The notes beneath the pieces are model-generated. The model worked only from the letters and a program-made list of their open reading frames with translations. It did no database searches and was not told where the DNA came from. From the IMG/VR virus record IMGVR_UViG_3300042287_000745, positions 10,736 to 74,735 of that record: DNA of 64,000 bases. One strand, written 5' to 3'. Below, piece after piece: positions 20,553-29,454 of this stretch. The first letter of the stretch is position 1. Every line of letters starts with the position of its first letter. The position numbers and the translations under genes are program-made. This DNA comes from a virus.

Positions 20553-21031
20553 TGGAAGATATAACATACTATAAACTATTGAAGCTTTCATCTGGAGAGA
20601 ATATTATTTGTGGGACTGAGGACAATTGTAAAAATTTTACAGAAAAAGGTATGATAAGCATATCTAATCCGGTAGTTTTAAATGTACTTAGAACTCCGAA
20701 AGGTAAAAATTTGGTAGAGACGTATATACTTATACCTTGGTTTAGTTTTGCAAATGGCAATGTATATGACATTTCTACAGATCAGATTATTACAGCTATA
20801 GATATTAAGGAATCGCTAAAATCGAATTACTTTTCATATTTAGAACAGCGAGCATTAGAAGATGAAATAGAAGATGGGTTATCAGAAGATTTTGATAATG
20901 AAGATGAGCTTCAGGAAATAGAAGAATTCCTGGAAACCTTGGGAGAAACACATGACGACGAAAATGACTACGATGGACGAGACGACACCGGTACTACAAG
21001 AAGTAGAAGAGGTACGAGAACCCTCCACTAA
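20552..21031 (+). CDS. Conserved hypothetical protein (Sm-like N-terminus, acidic tail)
   Basis: LLKLSSGENII start; usual position between uvsW and gp55. Confidence 0.65.
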   Translation: MEDITYYKLLKLSSGENIICGTEDNCKNFTEKGMISISNPVVLNVLRTPKGKNLVETYILIPWFSFANGNVYDISTDQIITAIDIKESLKSNYFSYLEQRALEDEIEDGLSEDFDNEDELQEIEEFLETLGETHDDENDYDGRDDTGTTRSRRGTRTLH

Positions 21032-21584
21032 ATCTAAAATGGATCCTGCTCATTATGTGGATAATAAAAAATTCTTAGCAGAACTACTAATATACAAAAC
21101 TGCCGTAGATGCAGCGAAGGAAGCAGGCCAAGAAATCCCACAGGTTCCGGATTATATAGGTGAATGTTTTATTAAAATTGCAACTCATCTTTCATATAAA
21201 TCTAATTTTATTAATTATACCTTTAGAGATGATATGATTTCAGATGGTATAGAAAATTGTTTAACTGCCGCAGGAAAATTTGATCCCACAAAATCATCTA
21301 ATCCTTTCGCATATTATACTCAAATTGTTTTCTTTGCGTTTATTCGTAGAATCCAAAAAGAGAAAAAACATCAAGCAACCAAATATAAAATAATTGAAAA
21401 TTTAGACTTAGATTCAATTATTCAGCAAAATGATGATAGCGAATCGGGTAGACAATTAATTGAATTTTTAAAGAAACAATTAGATACAATTGATCCAGAA
21501 AAACGGGAAACCCCATCCGAAACAAAATCTCGAAAAAAGAAGTCTGCTGAAATGGATATTCCTACTATAGACTTACTTACCTAA
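20952..21584 (+). CDS. gp55: Late-transcription sigma factor gp55
   Basis: HYVDNKKF, YIGECFIKIA, MISDGIENC and NPFAYYTQI motifs. Confidence 0.95.
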   Translation: MTTKMTTMDETTPVLQEVEEVREPSTKSKMDPAHYVDNKKFLAELLIYKTAVDAAKEAGQEIPQVPDYIGECFIKIATHLSYKSNFINYTFRDDMISDGIENCLTAAGKFDPTKSSNPFAYYTQIVFFAFIRRIQKEKKHQATKYKIIENLDLDSIIQQNDDSESGRQLIEFLKKQLDTIDPEKRETPSETKSRKKKSAEMDIPTIDLLT

Positions 21585-21596
21585 ATACTATATACT
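21568..21596 (+). promoter_or_regulatory. Putative sigma70-type promoter for the queE cluster
   Basis: TAGACT-N17-TATACT, followed by TGTATAAT. Confidence 0.45.
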
Positions 21597-21622
21597 GTAT
21601 AATTAAATTGATAAAGACTTAT

Positions 21623-22486
21623 ATGAGCAAAATTAAAGTAGCAGAACTATTTTATAGTATTCAGGGAGAAGGTCGGTACATGGGTGTTCCTTCTGTTTTC
21701 TTGCGCACATTTGGTTGTAACTTTAAGTGCGCAGGGTTTGGTATGCCAAAAGGTCAAGTTAGTACAGAAGTAGATGATATTGCATATACGCATATGAATA
21801 TTGAATCATTCCAAACATATCAAGAACTTCCTTTGGTAAGTACTGGGTGTGATAGTTATGCAAGTTGGGATCCTAGATTTAAGGGACTATCTCCTCTCCT
21901 TGAAGTTGACAGTATCGCAAAATCTATTGTAGACCTGTTACCCGCAAAAGGTTGGCAACAAGAGCATTTGGTAATTACTGGCGGTGAACCTTTATTGGGC
22001 TGGCAAAAATCCTACGAAGAATTATTAGAACATCCTTTGATGAAATCTTTAGATGAACTAACATTTGAAACAAACGGTACCCAATCTTTGACTGAGGAAT
22101 TTACTGATTATCTATTTCAAGAATGGACGCGATTTGGTAGAGATTATGATAAATTAACTTTTTCGGTTTCCCCTAAATTATCTGTTTCGGGAGAAAAGTG
22201 GGAAGATGCAATTAAGCCAGATGTAGTTTGTGACTATCAAAAAATAGGCAATACGTATTTAAAATTTGTAGTAGCATCAGAAGAAGATGTCGTTGAAGCA
22301 GAAAAAGCAGTAGCGGAATATCGCAAAGCCGGATTTTATGGGCATATTTATTTGATGCCGGTAGGTGGTATTGAAACCGTGTATTATATGAACAATAAAC
22401 GAGTTGCAGAAATGGCAATGAAGTTGGGCTGGAGATATTCCGATAGATTACAAGTTCCCTTATTTAAGAATCAATGGGGAACGTAA
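21623..22486 (+). CDS. queE: 7-carboxy-7-deazaguanine synthase QueE (radical SAM)
   Basis: ELFYSIQGEG, FLRTFGCNFKC...CDS, ITGGEP, ETNGT, SPKL and RLQV motifs; ATG start at 21623 (ORF track starts at 21608). Confidence 0.9.
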   Translation: MSKIKVAELFYSIQGEGRYMGVPSVFLRTFGCNFKCAGFGMPKGQVSTEVDDIAYTHMNIESFQTYQELPLVSTGCDSYASWDPRFKGLSPLLEVDSIAKSIVDLLPAKGWQQEHLVITGGEPLLGWQKSYEELLEHPLMKSLDELTFETNGTQSLTEEFTDYLFQEWTRFGRDYDKLTFSVSPKLSVSGEKWEDAIKPDVVCDYQKIGNTYLKFVVASEEDVVEAEKAVAEYRKAGFYGHIYLMPVGGIETVYYMNNKRVAEMAMKLGWRYSDRLQVPLFKNQWGT

Positions 22487-22911
22487 TGGAATATAGCTAT
22501 TCTGATTATGATGCTGATATATATTCTTTGTTGGCAAAAATAAAACAACGTAATAAAAAGTATGATTATGTTGTAGGTATTAAACGTGGAGGACTTATTC
22601 CTGCGGTATGTTTATCGCATGCTTTAAATATTCCATTATATAATTTAGATTGGTCTACACGAGATTGGGCGACGCAGGATATTCGTAATCAAGTATTACA
22701 ACCCGAATCTAAAATTTTGCTAGTAGATGATATTTGCGACTCCGGCAAAACTCTAATAACATTGAAAGAACTATATAGTTTTTGTGATATTGATACTGCG
22801 GTGTTAGTTTATAATATAGATCAGATACACATACCAAATTATTATGCAAGAACTATTAATCGAAAATATCAAAAAGAATTTATTAATTTTTGGTGGGAAG
22901 CATATAAATAA
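22474..22911 (+). CDS. Type I purine phosphoribosyltransferase (Gpt-like)
   Basis: GIKRGGLIPA, LLVDDICDSGKT PRPP loop and FWWE end. Confidence 0.85.
   Translation: MGNVMEYSYSDYDADIYSLLAKIKQRNKKYDYVVGIKRGGLIPAVCLSHALNIPLYNLDWSTRDWATQDIRNQVLQPESKILLVDDICDSGKTLITLKELYSFCDIDTAVLVYNIDQIHIPNYYARTINRKYQKEFINFWWEAYK
22903..22910 (+). promoter_or_regulatory. T4-type late promoter upstream of folE
   Basis: TATAAATA followed by hairpin TGTCGC-acaacg-GCGACA (22915-22932). Confidence 0.65.
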
Positions 22912-22971
22912 CTATGTCGCACAACGGCGACAAATTACAAAACTCATATCCGTGTAAGGAAGGATTCTAAA

Positions 22972-23652
22972 ATGTCATACAACAAAACTAAAACAGATTC
23001 AGAATTAGGTCAACAAGTACATGCCTACCTAGTTAAAATGGGAGTTGAAACTCCTACTATTTCTAGACTAATTGATCGTAAAGAAAAAATTGAGATTATT
23101 GAAAAGAATTTCATTAATATTATGGACACACTTGGATTGGACTTATCAGATGATAGTCTAATGGAAACCCCTAAACGGGTCGCAAAAATGTATGTCAACG
23201 AAATATTTTGGGGATTAGATTATGATGCATTTCCAAAATGTACTACGGTTGAAAATAAAATGCGTTATAACGAAATGGTTGTTGAGCGTAATGTAAATGT
23301 TCAAAGTAATTGCGAGCATCACTTTGTAGTTATTGATGGGTTGGCGACTATCGCATATGTTCCTAAAAATCATGTTCTTGGTTTAAGTAAAATTAATCGT
23401 ATCGTAGAATATTTTAGTAAGCGCCCTCAAATACAGGAACGGTTAACAGAACAAATTTTTCATGCATTATGTTTTATTCTAAATACTGACGATGTTGCTG
23501 TATTAATTGATGCTCAGCATTACTGTGTTAAATCTAGAGGTGTTGAAGATACGGGCAGTTCTACTGTTACCGTACGCCTCGGAGGAGGATTTAAGACCGA
23601 CCCCGCAGTAAGAAATGAATTTTTAAGTATTGCGAGAATGGGCAAAAAATGA
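22972..23652 (+). CDS. folE: GTP cyclohydrolase I FolE
   Basis: ETPKRVAKM, SNCEHH, GLSKINR, RPQIQERLT and HYCVKSRGV motifs. Confidence 0.95.
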   Translation: MSYNKTKTDSELGQQVHAYLVKMGVETPTISRLIDRKEKIEIIEKNFINIMDTLGLDLSDDSLMETPKRVAKMYVNEIFWGLDYDAFPKCTTVENKMRYNEMVVERNVNVQSNCEHHFVVIDGLATIAYVPKNHVLGLSKINRIVEYFSKRPQIQERLTEQIFHALCFILNTDDVAVLIDAQHYCVKSRGVEDTGSSTVTVRLGGGFKTDPAVRNEFLSIARMGKK

Positions 23653-24161
23653 CTGTTCATGTTATGATTGATCTAGAAACAATGTCTACAAGATCACATG
23701 CGGCGATTTGTTCAATAGGTGCAGTAAAGTTTAAAGGTAAAGAGATTCTTGATACCTTTTACTGCACCATTGATTTAAAAACGTGTAAAGATGTTGGTCT
23801 ACATATATCGAAGGATACTGTAGAATGGTGGTCTAAACAAAATAAAGAAGCACTAAAAGCTTTAACTAAAAATACTATTCCGTTGGACGAAGCATTAACC
23901 AATTTTGAGGGTTGGTTCGGTCCTAAGAGTTTACCTATATGGGGCAACGGTGCAGTATTTGATAATACAATTCTTACTAACGCATATTTGTATTCCGATA
24001 GAGAACCACCTTGGAAATGTTGGGATGATAGATGTTATAGAACAGTTAAGAATTTATTTAACTGGATTCCTGCAGATGAAAGGGTCGGCGTTCATCATAA
24101 TGCTTTAGATGATGCGTTATATCAAACAAACCATTTAATTAAAATTTTAGGCGATTCGTAA
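23649..24161 (+). CDS. DEDDh 3'-5' exonuclease (exonuclease VIII/Rv2179c-like)
   Basis: MIDLETM, WGNGAVFD and HNALDDA motifs. Confidence 0.88.
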   Translation: MTVHVMIDLETMSTRSHAAICSIGAVKFKGKEILDTFYCTIDLKTCKDVGLHISKDTVEWWSKQNKEALKALTKNTIPLDEALTNFEGWFGPKSLPIWGNGAVFDNTILTNAYLYSDREPPWKCWDDRCYRTVKNLFNWIPADERVGVHHNALDDALYQTNHLIKILGDS

Positions 24162-24192
24162 TACAATATTAAATTGAGTTGAATAATTAACT

Positions 24193-25557
24193 ATGAATAC
24201 GTATAAAAAAAGAATAGCATTTTGTCTTAGTGATCAACATACTATTCCTCACGGCGGATTAGGTCAATTCGCAAAATCCTTTATTGAAACTTTTACTCCT
24301 CTCGGATATAAGGTAGATATTATATTAGATAGACCAGCATCTAATACAGGGTTCAAAACATACTTAGAAGAACAAGGCGCAAGATTTATTTGCGCCGAAC
24401 CTATTAGCTATACAAACCATACAAAAACATTTATGTTTGAGGATTCCTTTAACTTTGAAAAGATGGTAAATTTCAGGGAATCCATGATGAAAGCACTTAA
24501 TGAAAATTTGTATGACATTATTATATGTAATACATTAGAATCATTCCCCGCAATTTATTCATTGAATCTACAAAAAAGTATACAAATAATTTATTATACC
24601 CATAATGAAAGTATGGTATTTTTAGATGATCGTGAATGGAAAAATGAATTTACGGAATCATTTAATGAAACATTTAACGCATTAATGGGCGTTAAAGGTA
24701 TTACGATTGGTACTCAGACTTTGCGAAATTTATCTGAATTACATAAGTCTAAAATACCAAATGCGAAATATTTGCCAATACTTATGACTGAGAAAACATT
24801 ACTACAAAAGCACATTAAGCCTAGAGAAGGTGTATTGTGGATCGGTCGATGGGAACCTAGGAAAAATCCAGAAGCATTTATTGAGATGATTCAACAAACA
24901 GGATTGCCTGCAAAAGTAATTACAAATGCAACAGGCGCAAAGAAGTTTGAAACTGCATTGCAAGCTATTAATGCTAAATATGAAATAAGATCAGGAATAT
25001 ATGGACAAGAAAAGGTAGACTTTTTAACGTCTGCGAGAGTAGCATACAATCCTGCGATACGAGAAAGTTTTGGATTAGCATTTTATGAAACAATAGGGCA
25101 CATGCCGACCGTTGCAATTGAGGGAATGTCCTGGTTAGGAAATTTTCCTAATACTAACTATTTTGCAGTACAGAAAAAAGTAGTACCTAAGGTAATCGTT
25201 GACCTATATGCAAAGTTTAAGAATTCTGAACTTTGGTATCAACAAGGAGTTCTAGAATCAATACGAACTTTAGATAGAAATGGTATAGAAGAATGGGAAC
25301 GGTGTTTTAATTCTTTTGAATATATTAAATCAATTTCTGAAAGAGCTAAAATTAATGAAGTCGATGTATCTACGTATAAAGATTTTATAACTTCTCTAAA
25401 TAGGAAAGCTTTGTCTATTGACGATGTTCGTTCTGTATTGACAAACAAGCATAAATTTAATATAATATACACAGATACACAAACCTATATATCTAAAGAC
25501 AAAAACTTCGTTCCAAAAGAAGAATCTGATAATTCACTAGAAAGTTTATTCGTATGA
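24193..25557 (+). CDS. GT-B glycosyltransferase (GT4-like)
   Basis: HGGLGQF, IGRWEPRKNP and ESFGLAFYE motifs. Confidence 0.85.
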   Translation: MNTYKKRIAFCLSDQHTIPHGGLGQFAKSFIETFTPLGYKVDIILDRPASNTGFKTYLEEQGARFICAEPISYTNHTKTFMFEDSFNFEKMVNFRESMMKALNENLYDIIICNTLESFPAIYSLNLQKSIQIIYYTHNESMVFLDDREWKNEFTESFNETFNALMGVKGITIGTQTLRNLSELHKSKIPNAKYLPILMTEKTLLQKHIKPREGVLWIGRWEPRKNPEAFIEMIQQTGLPAKVITNATGAKKFETALQAINAKYEIRSGIYGQEKVDFLTSARVAYNPAIRESFGLAFYETIGHMPTVAIEGMSWLGNFPNTNYFAVQKKVVPKVIVDLYAKFKNSELWYQQGVLESIRTLDRNGIEEWERCFNSFEYIKSISERAKINEVDVSTYKDFITSLNRKALSIDDVRSVLTNKHKFNIIYTDTQTYISKDKNFVPKEESDNSLESLFV

Positions 25558-26843
25558 GCCGACAATTAGAATATGTTATATCTGGACCAGCATACCTTCG
25601 GTTGGGGTCTGAGCAATGCGATGATCCTGAAACATTGCAAATGATTAATGATTTGATTCTTAAAACGGTTCATAATAAAAATAATCATCAATTTTCTCTT
25701 TTGTATAATGGATTTACAGAAAAGAACTTTGGTAAGAAATTGCAAAAATATAGACCAGCAGTTAAAAATATTCATGCGGACTCTGGTGGTTTGCAGATTG
25801 TTACTCGTGGATTGCAGAATACTCCTGAGACAAGAAACAAAGTATATGAAAATCAGGCAGCATGGGCAGATATTGGAATGGCATTTGATGAGATTCCGGT
25901 AAAATCTACTTCTGCAAGTGGCGTATCCTCAAAAATTGATACTAAACGTAGATATGTTGATATGGAAAATTTTGAGACATATGCAAGACAGACAGGTAAG
26001 AATGTTAAAGATCAAATTTTAAAATTTGATTCTGTTAAAAGTGATTGTCGTCCTTTTGTTATTATTCAGGGGTCAGGGCAAGATACGTATCAGCAGTGGA
26101 CTGAATATATGTTAGATGAAATTCCTAAAGAATTGCATCATCGTATTGGCGGTGTCGCTATGGGATCGGCTGCATTGGGTATGGGACCACTCGAAGATGT
26201 AAAGCGAGCATTTTATGTAAATGCTGTACCTTTTGAAAAACCGTTTCATCTACACGTACTAGGGGTAGGTGCATTAAAACGCATATTGCCGTATTTACTT
26301 TTTAGCCAAACTGGTCTTTATAAAGATATTGATATATCATATGATTCTACAACACATTCTATGTCATTGGATAACGGATTATTTTACTTCTCACATTGTA
26401 AAAAAGGTACACCTGGAGACTATGGTGGATCATCTGTAAAAATGGGTAGACCATATTCTAATATCTATCGGACTGTTACTAACGAAATTAATTCAGTATG
26501 TGGTACAGATTACTCCCCTGAAGAATATCATAAATTGATGAATATTTCAGTCGGTGAATATTTAGAAAAGGGTGGTAAATTTATAGATATTATGCGTGCT
26601 CGACTTTCCTTTATTTTAACAAATGTGCATAATTTTACTATGGATGTCTCAAACTTAATGAATTCTAAAGATGAATTTTTACGTTTCTGTAGAGATAAGA
26701 ATTGTGAAAATGAATATAGTACATTATTCGATGTCAAAACATCTGAGGATTTTATCTATTGGGAAAAACACGTAGGAAAATTTATGGATTCATCTCCGGT
26801 AAATATTATTGCACCATCATCTCTTGAGGACTTATTTGCATGA
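25554..26843 (+). CDS. TGT-fold guanine transglycosylase, DpdA-like (7-deazaguanine insertion into DNA)
   Basis: DSGGLQ, MAFDEIP, IIQG, IGG, HVLGVG and YDST correspond in order to TGT catalytic motifs; no CxCxxC Zn site; lies among que genes. Confidence 0.75.
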   Translation: MSRQLEYVISGPAYLRLGSEQCDDPETLQMINDLILKTVHNKNNHQFSLLYNGFTEKNFGKKLQKYRPAVKNIHADSGGLQIVTRGLQNTPETRNKVYENQAAWADIGMAFDEIPVKSTSASGVSSKIDTKRRYVDMENFETYARQTGKNVKDQILKFDSVKSDCRPFVIIQGSGQDTYQQWTEYMLDEIPKELHHRIGGVAMGSAALGMGPLEDVKRAFYVNAVPFEKPFHLHVLGVGALKRILPYLLFSQTGLYKDIDISYDSTTHSMSLDNGLFYFSHCKKGTPGDYGGSSVKMGRPYSNIYRTVTNEINSVCGTDYSPEEYHKLMNISVGEYLEKGGKFIDIMRARLSFILTNVHNFTMDVSNLMNSKDEFLRFCRDKNCENEYSTLFDVKTSEDFIYWEKHVGKFMDSSPVNIIAPSSLEDLFA

Positions 26844-27259
26844 ATTTTGCTAGCTCAATTATTAATACATCTGACATAATTATGAAACAAACAAGTTATA
26901 TTTGGGTAACATTCCAAAAAGAGGGTATCCACAAATATCCTGCTGCGGCAACGGATCCTAAATTAGCAACAGGCGATTGGCTCGATGTTAGTTTCTTAAG
27001 TACACCACATCGGCATATATTTCATTTCAGAGTTGAGATGCAGGTATTCCATGATGATCGAGATGTAGAATTTATACAAGCAAAACGAATAATGGAACGA
27101 TGGTATTCTGATGGCACATTGCAGTTAGATTATAAATCTTGCGAAATGATGGCTAGAGAGCTATATGGTCGCCTAAATACTATGTGGCCTAATAGAAATT
27201 ATGTTATTGAAGTATCTGAAGATAACGAAAACGGTTGTAAACTATATTTTGGAGAGTAA
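26840..27259 (+). CDS. QueD-like T-fold paralog (possible DpdL-type enzyme)
   Basis: EGIH, PHRHIFHFRV, DRDVEF, SCEMMA and EVSED motifs resemble the PTPS/QueD fold. Confidence 0.6.
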   Translation: MNFASSIINTSDIIMKQTSYIWVTFQKEGIHKYPAAATDPKLATGDWLDVSFLSTPHRHIFHFRVEMQVFHDDRDVEFIQAKRIMERWYSDGTLQLDYKSCEMMARELYGRLNTMWPNRNYVIEVSEDNENGCKLYFGE

Positions 27260-27265
27260 ATACTG

Positions 27266-28438
27266 ATGCGTAAATTGATATACTGTGGACTTGAGCCATA
27301 CGAAGGCCGTTATACTTTGCAGCTTCAGCAATGGAACGAAGCGGCATTTAAACGTAGAGGCATCAATTATGAAATTATCCATGGTGATACTTTGGATAAT
27401 TCTAAGTCAATTGTAACCGGGCAAGTATTGGATGCACATGGTCGTAGTTATTATTCTTTGACACAGATGGCAAAACTTGTTGCAAAGATGAAAGCCGGCG
27501 AAATTCAGTATGATGACATAATTTTCTTCGAAGATATGTTTACTCCTGGTATGGAAGTATTACCTTACATTATGGATCAATGTGGTTGGGAACATCAGCC
27601 TAGAGTTTTTGTTAGGTGTTTAGCTCAGACAATTGATCCCGACGACTTCTTACATGTCTGGGATATGCAAGGATGGATGGCACACTATGAGAAGATGGTT
27701 AATACTTGGGTTAGTGGTGTATTAGCATCAAATGAGGAGATGGTTGCTCATATGAAAATTGCGGGTTGGCAAGTGCCTATGTATAATATCTCAGGATTAG
27801 CATTTGATCAAAATGAGGTTCGTAGTCGAGTAAAGAATATTCGCCCATTCAACGAACGTAAAAATCGAGTAGTGTTCTCTGCAAGATTCGATCAGGAAAA
27901 GCAGCCGGGATTCTTTATGGATATTATAGAACATTTTGGGCCTAAATCGGATATTGAATTCGCGGTGTTGTCGGGTGGCCCTTTACGTAGTAATGACGAC
28001 TCCTATATAGACCGAGCAGTTGAATTAACTAAGAAGCATCCGAATTTTAAAATATACGAAAATCTTAAAAAGGATGAGTATTATGAATTGCTTGCAGATT
28101 CCAAAGTATTATTTAATTGTGCCTTGCAAGATTGGGTAAGTAATACTGCATCAGAAGCAGACGCATTAGGCACAAATTGTTTGTTCCCCGCCTACAGATC
28201 ATTTCCTGAAACATTCGCAAATGATCCCGAATGTTTATATATTCCTTGGTCTAAAGAAGATGCCACAAATAAATTAGAGTGCTTATTGGAAACTCCTAGA
28301 AACGGCATTGGCACATTGGCTAACTGGACCTCAGGAACTATTGACAGATGCCTCGATATTATGTTAGGATTAGATAATGGTAAGTGGAATAGAAATCAAT
28401 CTAATTATAGAAATCATACATCTGAGACCAAGTATTAA
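27266..28438 (+). CDS. GT-B glycosyltransferase
   Basis: FSARFDQEKQPGFF, YYELLADS and LQDWVSNTASEA C-terminal nucleotide-sugar-binding motifs. Confidence 0.78.
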   Translation: MRKLIYCGLEPYEGRYTLQLQQWNEAAFKRRGINYEIIHGDTLDNSKSIVTGQVLDAHGRSYYSLTQMAKLVAKMKAGEIQYDDIIFFEDMFTPGMEVLPYIMDQCGWEHQPRVFVRCLAQTIDPDDFLHVWDMQGWMAHYEKMVNTWVSGVLASNEEMVAHMKIAGWQVPMYNISGLAFDQNEVRSRVKNIRPFNERKNRVVFSARFDQEKQPGFFMDIIEHFGPKSDIEFAVLSGGPLRSNDDSYIDRAVELTKKHPNFKIYENLKKDEYYELLADSKVLFNCALQDWVSNTASEADALGTNCLFPAYRSFPETFANDPECLYIPWSKEDATNKLECLLETPRNGIGTLANWTSGTIDRCLDIMLGLDNGKWNRNQSNYRNHTSETKY

Positions 28439-29413
28439 ATGACTAAGACTGTTATAGTTACAGGCGCCGCCGGTTATATCGGTGGCGCTATTTGCATAGA
28501 ACTTATTACCAAAGGGTATTATGTAATCGGTATTGATCGCCGAGCATTACCTTCGCATTTGGAAATATATTGCGATGAATTTATCCAATCTGATTTTATT
28601 GGTTATGCATCATTAATGCAAGTAGAAAAACAACCATGTGCAATTATACATTGTGCGGGTACAAGTTTAGTTGGACCTAGTATACAAAACCCCGAAGAAT
28701 ATTATGAAAACAATATTCAGAAAACTTTAGAATATCTAAAATATATTCGCAAACGTTCTGCAAATACCAAATTTATTTTTAGTAGCAGCGCCTCTGTGTA
28801 TGGGAATCCTAATACAGATGTACCAATAACAGAAGAACAACCAACTAATCCTATTTCACCTTACGGTGAATCTAAGTTAATGATTGACCGGGCTTTGCAT
28901 TCTTTTAATATCGCATATGGTATGCAATATGTTTCTTTTAGATATTTTAATGCATGCGGAGCAATTGAGAACAGTATACATGGGCAGGAGGCAAACGCTT
29001 CACATATTTTTCCTAGAGTGTTTGAAGCAATTTTAGAAAATCTCCCATTTACATTAAACGGAAATGATTATAATACTAAAGATGGGACCTGTGTTAGAGA
29101 TTATGTTCACGTATCAGATATTGCTAGCGCACATGTAATGGCAATAGAAAAAAATATACAAGGAATATATAATATAGGATCTATCAGAGGTTACTCTAAT
29201 CTGGAGATCATCAAAGAAGTATCTAAATGTTTAGGTAAAAACTTATCTATTGAAATTGCAGATAAGCGTATAGGTGACCCTGCATATCTAATTGCAGATT
29301 CTAATAAATTATTTTTAGATGCGGGTTGGACAGCAAAAAAAGATTTACGTACTATTATTAAAGATTTACATGACTGGTACTTCCCAGAGGCCTCCGGCGC
29401 TCATCCCTCTTAA
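28439..29413 (+). CDS. galE: UDP-glucose 4-epimerase (GalE-like extended SDR)
   Basis: TGAAGYIG, FSSSASVYG, YGESK, RYFNACG and DGTCVRDYVHV motifs. Confidence 0.85.
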   Translation: MTKTVIVTGAAGYIGGAICIELITKGYYVIGIDRRALPSHLEIYCDEFIQSDFIGYASLMQVEKQPCAIIHCAGTSLVGPSIQNPEEYYENNIQKTLEYLKYIRKRSANTKFIFSSSASVYGNPNTDVPITEEQPTNPISPYGESKLMIDRALHSFNIAYGMQYVSFRYFNACGAIENSIHGQEANASHIFPRVFEAILENLPFTLNGNDYNTKDGTCVRDYVHVSDIASAHVMAIEKNIQGIYNIGSIRGYSNLEIIKEVSKCLGKNLSIEIADKRIGDPAYLIADSNKLFLDAGWTAKKDLRTIIKDLHDWYFPEASGAHPS

Positions 29414-29448
29414 AATATTCTGCGTGTCTTCTTTTAAATATGGAGACA
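29386..29448 (+). promoter_or_regulatory. Candidate preQ1-I-like riboswitch plus SD-sequestering hairpin upstream of queD
   Basis: AGAGG/CCTCT P1 stem, loop ending CATC, A-rich linker, CGG/CTG pseudoknot; TGTCTTC/GGAGACA hairpin covers the queD RBS. Confidence 0.55.
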
Positions 29449-29454
29449 AATAAA

